From contig JBFGJG010000003.1 in the NCBI GenBank assembly GCA_041577295.1, positions 32,001-96,000 on the forward strand: DNA of 64,000 bases. Direction: 5' to 3'. The notes under the pieces were generated by a model that saw nothing but the letters and a program-made list of their open reading frames with translations, ran no database searches and had not been told where the DNA came from. The stretch comes from Gemmatimonadales bacterium. Lineage in GTDB: Bacteria > Gemmatimonadota > Gemmatimonadetes > Gemmatimonadales > GWC2-71-9. This document shows positions 57,318 through 64,000 of the stretch, piece after piece (position 1 is the stretch's first letter; every line of letters starts with the position of its first letter). The position numbers and the translations under genes are program-made.

Positions 57318-58301
57318 CTACGCGAGTGTCGGTGTCTCCGGTGCAACCCAGACGCCCGAGCTGTGCACCGCCGGCGGCCCGCCGCGCAACAGCCTTCGCA
57401 GCCATTTGAGCGGCCGCCAAGCTGAGCGACCGCGCCGGGAACGCGAGCTTCGTCGCAACGCGTGACCCAGCTCCTCCGCGTCGCTCCACCGTGCATCGGC
57501 TGCCTTTGCGAGACAGCGCTCGATAGCGTGGATCAGATCTTCCGGCACGTCACGGGTGAGCGTGGCGATCGGCGGCGGCGCGACCGCCACATGCTTTGCG
57601 GCCAGTTCGCGTGGCGAGACCCCGTCAAAGGGCAATCGTCCCGTGAGCATCTGGTATCCAAGCACCCCCAACGCATACAGATCGCTGCGGCCGTCACACT
57701 CGATTTCGCCGAGTGCCTGCTCAGGCGACATGTACTGCGGCGTACCAAACCGTTTCGGAACCTCGGAGCGCGAATGTTCCGAGGTCATGAGGGTCGCCAC
57801 ACCGAAATCGGTCAACATCGGACGGCTCGTTATGGCATCCATCAGAACGTTCGACGGCTTGAGATCGCGGTGGATCACGCCATGGCTGTGCACGCAGTGG
57901 AGTGCGCCAGCCAAGTCTGCCAGAATGCTCCGTACCACCTTGGGTTCCATGCGCCCCGCGCGCTGCATCTGCTTGGAGAGCGACTCGCCATCAACGAACG
58001 GCATGACCAAGAACGTCACCTCGGAGTGTCGGTCGAACGCGTAGACGGGAACGATGTTGGGATGGGAGAATTTTGCTGCGATGCGTGCTTCTCTGCGGAA
58101 CCGCTCCCGATCCTCCAGTTGATCCTCGAGCACGGGAGCCAAGACCTTGATGGCCACGCTACGCTGGAGACCAAACTCCCACGCTCGATAGACCGTGCTC
58201 ATCGCGCCTCGCCCCACTACCTCCACCAGCTTGTACCGCCCCGCGAAGGCGCGCTCTAACTGGCTCGGGTCGTGGTCCCGCTCTTCCGCGAAATCGATCA
58301 T
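57318..58301 (-). CDS. Soluble Ser/Thr (Hanks) protein kinase
   Basis: GRGAMS, VAIK, HRDLKPSN, DFG and GTPQYMSPE motifs; no TM. Confidence 0.92.
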   Translation of the reverse strand: MIDFAEERDHDPSQLERAFAGRYKLVEVVGRGAMSTVYRAWEFGLQRSVAIKVLAPVLEDQLEDRERFRREARIAAKFSHPNIVPVYAFDRHSEVTFLVMPFVDGESLSKQMQRAGRMEPKVVRSILADLAGALHCVHSHGVIHRDLKPSNVLMDAITSRPMLTDFGVATLMTSEHSRSEVPKRFGTPQYMSPEQALGEIECDGRSDLYALGVLGYQMLTGRLPFDGVSPRELAAKHVAVAPPPIATLTRDVPEDLIHAIERCLAKAADARWSDAEELGHALRRSSRSRRGRSAWRPLKWLRRLLRGGPPAVHSSGVWVAPETPTLA

Positions 58302-58490
58302 TGCCCTCCCCCATGTAAGGCCGATGCGGCCCGTCGTTCGTTGTCCTTACGAAAGAATGGGGCCACAGTGTCACGACGGCGCAAAATGGCTATAACCATC
58401 TGGTTACGGAGTTTTGTCACGGTTCGTAACGCCACGCGTTCCGTCCGCCCGCGTAACCACGCGTCCCACATCTGGGACAGGGCGATTGTA

Positions 58491-58549
58491 AGAGTAACGG
58501 AGTACGGAGCGACGAGTTCCCTACTTCCCGTTCCCTACTCCCTTACTTT
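58491..58549. repeat. Inverted heptamer-repeat element (GGAGTAC-like / TCCCTAC-like)
   Basis: GAGTAAC GGAGTAC GGAGCGA followed by TCCCTAC TTCCCGT TCCCTAC TCCCTTA. Confidence 0.5.
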
Positions 58550-58555
58550 TCCCTC

Positions 58556-59404
58556 ATGCTTGCAACGTTGCTCAAGGTCGCGGCCGTCGCGCTGGTAGCG
58601 TACATCCTCGTGGTGCTCCTCGCGTGGCGGTTTCAGGAGCGGCTTGCCTTTCCCAGTCCAAAGGCGAGCGTTCCCGATCCCAGGACCTTTGGGTTCGTCG
58701 GTGGCGAGCGGGTAACGACCGTGACCACTGACGGCATTCGGCTCCACGGCTGGTATCTACCTCCCCAGACTCGTGTCTCGGCCAATGCCCGCGTACCGGG
58801 GTTGCTATGGTTCTACGGGAACATGGAGACGGTGCGAGACCTGGCACCGCTGTTCCGCGAGCTGCAGCCCCCTGAGGTCGGGCTGCTCGTGTTCGACTAT
58901 CGCGGATACGGCGAAAGTGAGGGGAGGCCAACCGAGGCCGGCCTGTACCGGGATGCCGATGCGGCGTGGACGTTTCTCAAGAGCCGGCCGGATATCGACT
59001 CCACGCGAATCGCCGTGTACGGCCGGTCGTTGGGGAGTGCGGTGGCGTTGTACGTCGCATCGCAGTATCCGGTACGCTCGGTGATCCTCGACTCGCCCTT
59101 CTCGACAGCACGGGCGATGGCGGATCGGCACTACCCCATCGTGCCGAGCATACTGCTGCGGCTCCGTCTGGATAATCTGCAACGCGTCAGCAATCTGGAG
59201 GTGCCGCTTCTGGTGCTCCACGGCGCGGACGATAGAATTGCGCCGCTCGACATGGGACAGTCAGTGGCCGAGACGGCTCCGCTGGGACGGATCGTGGTCA
59301 TCGACGGCGCCGGCCACAACGACACGTATCAGTTTGGGCAGTATGGGCACGAGCTTCACTCATTCCTGTCGAGTCATCTCGCGGATCCGGGCACTGACCG
59401 CTAG
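58556..59404 (+). CDS. Alpha/beta hydrolase (ABHD17/Bem46-like)
   Basis: DYRGYGESEG, GRSLG nucleophile elbow, HGADD and GAGHND motifs; N-terminal TM. Confidence 0.9.
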   Translation: MLATLLKVAAVALVAYILVVLLAWRFQERLAFPSPKASVPDPRTFGFVGGERVTTVTTDGIRLHGWYLPPQTRVSANARVPGLLWFYGNMETVRDLAPLFRELQPPEVGLLVFDYRGYGESEGRPTEAGLYRDADAAWTFLKSRPDIDSTRIAVYGRSLGSAVALYVASQYPVRSVILDSPFSTARAMADRHYPIVPSILLRLRLDNLQRVSNLEVPLLVLHGADDRIAPLDMGQSVAETAPLGRIVVIDGAGHNDTYQFGQYGHELHSFLSSHLADPGTDR

Positions 59405-59414
59405 CTTGGTCGCT

Positions 59415-60707
59415 GTGAATCATCGTACGCTTCCCGCCGCGTATGTCATGATATGCGTGGCCATGCAACCCCTCGGCATGGCGGCCGTCGCGCAGCAGTA
59501 TCCCACCAACTTTACTCCAGCGCTCGTAGCACAGCCGTCGGTCCGGGACGCACTTCGCGCGATCGACGATCGATTCGACCATCAGGTCGACGAGTGGATT
59601 CGCATCACGCAGATACCGGCGCCCTCCGGTCACGAAGTGGAACGCGCGCGTTACGTGCGCGCCGAGTTCGCAGCGTTGGGCTATCGGGTGGACGTCGATT
59701 CCATTGGAAACGTGATCGCACGGCGCGCCGGAACGGGGGGAGGTCCGACCGTTGTCTTCGCTGCTCACCTGGATACCGTGCACCCAATCGAGACCGACGT
59801 GACGGTCTCCCGTCGAGGCGGCCGGTTGTTCGCGCCTGGCGTGTTCGATAACAGCGCCTCCGTGGCCAACATGCTCGCGGCGGCCCGCGCGATGCACCAA
59901 GCCGGGCTACGTACACGCGGCGACGTGGTGTTCATCGGGACCGTACAGGAAGAGCTCGGTCTGGGCGGCATGACCTACTGGCTCGACACCAACCCCTCCA
60001 TTCCGGACATGCTGATCGCCCTCGACGGTGGCCTCGGTCCCATCAACTACGGCGCGCTCGGCATTTACTGGTCACGCATGGTGTTCACGGCCGACGGTTC
60101 CCATACCGTCACGTCCCGCGGTAAGCCCCATCCCGCGCGCGCCGCCTCTCGGTGCATTCTCGATCTCTACGATATCCCGCTTCCTCCACCGGACGCACCC
60201 GTCGGGGCAGTCTACAATGTGGGCATGCTGCGCGGTGGACATGTCGTGAACGCGATACCAGAAGAGGTGTCATTCACCGTGGATCTGCGCACCGTGGATC
60301 CATCGATGCTCGCGGACCTCGACCGTCTGATCGTAGCAACCTGTGAACGCGCCGCATCGCAGGAGGGCGTCGGCTTCGAGCGGGTGTGGATACAGCGTTC
60401 AGAGGCGGGAGGCCGGCCGGAACAGCTCGAGTCCCGGAGGGCACACCCTCTCGTTCAAACGGCAATCGATATTCTGCACCATCTGGAGTTCGATTTTGGC
60501 AACCGGCCCGCCGCTCGCCCGTGGGGCTCTACCGATGCCAACGCCGGCGTCGTTCGTGGATTACCATCGATCTCTGTAGGCCGCGCGCTCGGTGGCGACC
60601 AGCACACCTTGCGCGAGTGGGCAGATATCGAGTCTGCACGGATCGGCACCAAACAGATCGTGTTGCTCACAGCCGCCCTCGCCAAACTCGATCACGAGAT
60701 GAACTAA
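59415..60707 (+). CDS. M20/M25/M40 family metallohydrolase, probably exported
   Basis: AHLDTV, PGVFDN, QEE, GSTDAN and HTLREW motifs. Start position uncertain. Confidence 0.87.
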   Translation: MNHRTLPAAYVMICVAMQPLGMAAVAQQYPTNFTPALVAQPSVRDALRAIDDRFDHQVDEWIRITQIPAPSGHEVERARYVRAEFAALGYRVDVDSIGNVIARRAGTGGGPTVVFAAHLDTVHPIETDVTVSRRGGRLFAPGVFDNSASVANMLAAARAMHQAGLRTRGDVVFIGTVQEELGLGGMTYWLDTNPSIPDMLIALDGGLGPINYGALGIYWSRMVFTADGSHTVTSRGKPHPARAASRCILDLYDIPLPPPDAPVGAVYNVGMLRGGHVVNAIPEEVSFTVDLRTVDPSMLADLDRLIVATCERAASQEGVGFERVWIQRSEAGGRPEQLESRRAHPLVQTAIDILHHLEFDFGNRPAARPWGSTDANAGVVRGLPSISVGRALGGDQHTLREWADIESARIGTKQIVLLTAALAKLDHEMN

Positions 60708-60710
60708 CAC

Positions 60711-62429
60711 ATGAGGCACCCCATGACTGCACGACTCGTCACATGGCTCGTTGTGTGCGCGGCACCGGTGAGTGCGCAACAGCGACCAGCCGATCTCATC
60801 GTCACGAACGCGCGGATTTACACGGTGGACGAGACACGACCTCTGGCCGAGGCGATGGTGGTCAGCGATGGGCGAGTGACCTACGTCGGGAGCAACCGCT
60901 GGGCGCTCCGGTACGAGGGGCCCAATACTCAGCGGCTCGACCTCGATGGTAAAACGGTCATTCCCGGCATAGTGGACGCGCACGCGCACTTGGTGAGCCT
61001 CGGCGTGGCGCTGCGAACCGTGGATCTCGTGGCGACGCGGTCGTACGACGAAATCATCCAACGGGTGGTCGAGCGGGCCCGGACCGTCCCGGAGGGAGAA
61101 TGGATTCGTGGTCGTGGATGGGACCAGAACGACTGGGCCGACACCCGGTTCCCCACGCACGAGGCGCTGTCACGCGCCGTTCCCGATCACCCAGTCTATC
61201 TCACCCGAGTCGACGGACACGCGGCGCTCGTCAATGCGCGCGCGCTCGGGCTGGCCAACGTCACCGCGCGGACGCGGGATCCTGAAGGCGGCCGTTTCCT
61301 GCGGGACAGCAATGGCAATCCAACCGGCGTGTTGATCGACCGTGCACAGGACGCGGTGTCACGCATTATCCCTCATCCCTCGGATGATGAGACCCGCGAA
61401 GCCATTCTTGCGGCCATTACCGAAGCCAATCGCTGGGGGCTCACCGGAATACACGATGCGGGGGTTGGCGCTCGTATGATCGACCAGTACGAGGCGCTGG
61501 CAAGGGCGGGGCGCTACAACCTCCGTAATTACGTCATGATTTCGTCGGATGATGCGACGCTCGACCGCTACTTCGCGCGAGGCGCGCAGAACGGCCTGTA
61601 CGACGGACGGCTATGGATTCGCTCGATCAAGATCAGCGCCGACGGCGCCTTGGGAAGCCGCGGGGCGGCCCTGCTCGAATCCTACACGGACGATCCAGGC
61701 AACACCGGTTTGATTACGGTTCCCTACGAACGGGTTCGCGAGGTCGCGGTCCGCGCATTGGAAAACGGATTCCAACTGAACGTGCACGCGATCGGGGACC
61801 GGGCCAACCGCATGGTGCTCGATGCGTTCACTTCCGCGTTTGAGAGCGCCTCACCGACTGATCATCGATTTCGGATCGAGCACGCACAGGTCATCCACTT
61901 CCAGGACATCCCGCGCTTCGCCGAGCTGGATGTAATCCCTTCGATGCAGGGAAGCCACCAAACGAGCGACATGTACTGGGCGATGGACCGGCTCGGCTGG
62001 ACACGGGTGCAGGGGGCATACGCATGGCGGTCGCTGCTCAACACCGGCGTGGTCATTCCCAACGGCTCGGACTTTCCGGTCGAATCCGCGAATCCGTTGA
62101 TCTCGTTCAAGGCCTTCATCACGAGAGCCGATTCCGAGGGCTGGCCGGCTGGGGGTTGGTTCCCCGAGGAACGCACCACGCGGCAGGAGGCGCTCAAGAG
62201 CATCACGCTGTGGCCGGCGTACTCAGCGTTCATGGAGGACGTGGCGGGCACGCTCTCTCCGGGAAAATATGCGGACTTCGTGGTGCTCGATCAGGATATC
62301 ATGACCGTCGCACCCGAGCGCATCCTGGATACGCGAGTACTGATGACGGTGCTGGGAGGAAAAACGGTGTACGAGTCCATGCGCGGCGCCACATTCCGCT
62401 CAACGTCTTCCGCCGGGGCTCAGGATTGA
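60711..62429 (+). CDS. Amidohydrolase_3 (YtcJ-like), exported
   Basis: PGIVDAHAH, RVDGH, DGALGSRGA, HAIGDRAN, RIEHAQ and GSDFPVE motifs. Confidence 0.92.
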   Translation: MRHPMTARLVTWLVVCAAPVSAQQRPADLIVTNARIYTVDETRPLAEAMVVSDGRVTYVGSNRWALRYEGPNTQRLDLDGKTVIPGIVDAHAHLVSLGVALRTVDLVATRSYDEIIQRVVERARTVPEGEWIRGRGWDQNDWADTRFPTHEALSRAVPDHPVYLTRVDGHAALVNARALGLANVTARTRDPEGGRFLRDSNGNPTGVLIDRAQDAVSRIIPHPSDDETREAILAAITEANRWGLTGIHDAGVGARMIDQYEALARAGRYNLRNYVMISSDDATLDRYFARGAQNGLYDGRLWIRSIKISADGALGSRGAALLESYTDDPGNTGLITVPYERVREVAVRALENGFQLNVHAIGDRANRMVLDAFTSAFESASPTDHRFRIEHAQVIHFQDIPRFAELDVIPSMQGSHQTSDMYWAMDRLGWTRVQGAYAWRSLLNTGVVIPNGSDFPVESANPLISFKAFITRADSEGWPAGGWFPEERTTRQEALKSITLWPAYSAFMEDVAGTLSPGKYADFVVLDQDIMTVAPERILDTRVLMTVLGGKTVYESMRGATFRSTSSAGAQD

Positions 62430-62704
62430 AATGAGGAATACCGAGTGAACTCGACGAGTGCGTCACGTCGAGTCTTTCACCGGCAATTGCAGGCGGGGGC
62501 GTGGGGCTGACCGGCTCATGATCTCGAAAACGGTGGCGCCCTGGACGTGCGGTCTCGGCGCCTTGGCGCCCAGCCAAAAGGGACCATCCGTTTGATGCGT
62601 GGCGCCCAAAGCCTCAGCGCATGTGCGTACCTGGCGGTTGCGGACTTTTTTCCACTCGAGAACCGTAAGCGATTATTGCAAAACACGTTGGCCCGATTTG
62701 GCCT

Positions 62705-63019
62705 CGGCCAAGTTGCCTTGACTTAGGCCCAAGTCGAGGCAACTCAGGCCCAAGTCGACGTAAATCGGGTCCAAGTCGGCTCAACTCGGGCCCGATTCGT
62801 CTCATCTGAGGCCTCGGGGGCGGTGTCTGACACCTGAGATATGCCGACTCGGGCCCAAGTCGCGTCAACTAAGGCCCCGGAGCACCCGATTCGGAGCCAA
62901 GTTGCGACGACTTTGGCCTAAGTCAGCACACCTTGGGCCTAAGTTGCGGCGACTCGGCCCTCAGTTGCGGCATCCAAGGCCTCAGCCGCGTCGTCTTAGG
63001 CCCGATTGGCCACCACTCT
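62705..63019. repeat. Degenerate 21-bp tandem array, 15 units, quasi-palindromic
   Basis: Units start every 21 nt (62705, 62726, 62747 ... 62999); approximate consensus GGCCCAAGTYGNNNCRACTCG. Confidence 0.85.
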
Positions 63020-63076
63020 GGCCGTGCTTGACTGCGTATCGGTCTCTGACTGCAGGATCCAGGCGGTGTCTTCTCT

Positions 63077-64000
63077 TTACCCACCCCCGACTCCCACCGC
63101 CGGTTCAGGTACTCGATCCACCGGGGGGACGCGGAACGCAAGCACGGTCACGAACCCCACCACAGCGGCCGCGATATAGAACGGAACAGGACGCCCCCAT
63201 CCTTGGAACGCCGCCGTGGCCCAGATGGGGGCGATCACCCGGGACACGCCACCAAACGCTTGCTGGACGCCCAGCGTTTGCCCCCGCTCGTGATCGGACA
63301 CCCGTTGCGTCACCAGCGCCGTCACCGACGGGAATAGACACGCGGTCCCGATGGGTACCAAGCCGATCACGACTCCGAGGGTGATGGCAGTATCCGGTAA
63401 CGGAATGGCGAACAGACCGACCGTGAGCAGCACCGCACCGATGCGCATAACCTTGGTCTCGCCCAGCCAATCGACGAGCTTGCCCAGAACGACCGCTCGC
63501 ATGACCACACCCAAGGCACCGACGTACACGAAGAAGATCCCAATTGTTTGCTCTGTAATGCCAAAGTCACTCTCGAGATACAGCGCCAACACGGCCGTCA
63601 TCGACATGAAACCCAACATGCCCACCGCGTAGATCCACACGAGCCGCGCCACATCGCCGTGCGGCGTCCGCAGATAATCGATGATGACGGTTCCCACGGA
63701 ACGAATGGGCTCGCGCGTCGCGGGATCGACCATGGTGCCATCACCCTGCTTGTCGGGGTGAGACTCCGGTAGCCAACGTGCTGCAAAGGCAATGTTCAGC
63801 ACGCAGAGGCCTGCGGCGACGAGCCCGGGCGCTGCCGGTCCGAGGTTGAACGCGAGCGACCCGATTGCCGGACCGATCATGACGCCCGCCGCCGTCGACG
63901 CCGAGAGCCATCCCAACGCTTTGGCACGGTCCTTTGGCTCGGTGACGTCCGCGACGTACGCCTGAAGGACGCCCGTCGTTCCCCCACCAATACCCTGAAT
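63077..64000 (-). CDS. MFS transporter, TetA/DHA1-like (5' end outside the window)
   Basis: Frame is open to the window edge; QGIGGGTTGVLQAYVADVT...RAKALG and GVMIGPAIG motifs. Confidence 0.88.
   Translation of the reverse strand: MQGIGGGTTGVLQAYVADVTEPKDRAKALGWLSASTAAGVMIGPAIGSLAFNLGPAAPGLVAAGLCVLNIAFAARWLPESHPDKQGDGTMVDPATREPIRSVGTVIIDYLRTPHGDVARLVWIYAVGMLGFMSMTAVLALYLESDFGITEQTIGIFFVYVGALGVVMRAVVLGKLVDWLGETKVMRIGAVLLTVGLFAIPLPDTAITLGVVIGLVPIGTACLFPSVTALVTQRVSDHERGQTLGVQQAFGGVSRVIAPIWATAAFQGWGRPVPFYIAAAVVGFVTVLAFRVPPVDRVPEPAVGVGGG

Noticed and set aside
62705..63019. CRISPR array or protein-coding heptad repeat (ORFs 62614..62868 and 62902..63384)
   Set aside because: There are no unique spacers and no cas genes. 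Both heptad frames are interrupted by stops, and the ORFs have weak TTG starts.
1..64000. tRNA, rRNA, IS elements, prophage or defence systems
   Set aside because: No recognisable signatures by eye. Small ncRNAs in 37811-38398, 43361-43838 or 62430-62665 cannot be excluded without a covariance-model search.

Overview
GC-rich bacterial chromosomal DNA. The gene repertoire (SusC/SusD pairs, soluble Hanks kinases, stand-alone plug-domain proteins, ACIII) suggests Gemmatimonadota; this is an inference. Contents in order: xdhC; an actABCDEF alternative complex III operon whose ActB keeps an N-terminal Cx2Cx3Cx27C Fe-S motif; a ten-gene, fully overlapping minus-strand operon (peptide-type SBP, GHMP kinase, heparinase II/III-like protein, TrmJ-like methylase, class III aminotransferase, an intact and a degenerate amidohydrolase, a non-canonical DHDPS-family lyase, a DHOD-like protein, OSBS/NAAAR); Opp-type permeases; GH38 with a GPH transporter; an FHA-FHA-TM-coiled coil-trypsin protease near a pseudokinase-kinase tandem; a probable NfeD-like pseudoprotease fusion; two SusC/SusD pairs interleaved with barrel-less plug proteins; a carbon-nitrogen hydrolase; a TetR-TolC-MFP-RND operon with a triple palindromic operator; an ABC-2 exporter; several secreted hydrolases; a second soluble kinase; and a 15-unit, 21-bp quasi-palindromic intergenic array. 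I found no tRNA, rRNA, CRISPR or transposase. The supplied ORF track labels 44759..45676 as minus strand, but that protein is encoded on the plus strand. All family assignments come from reading motifs by eye; no database searches were run.
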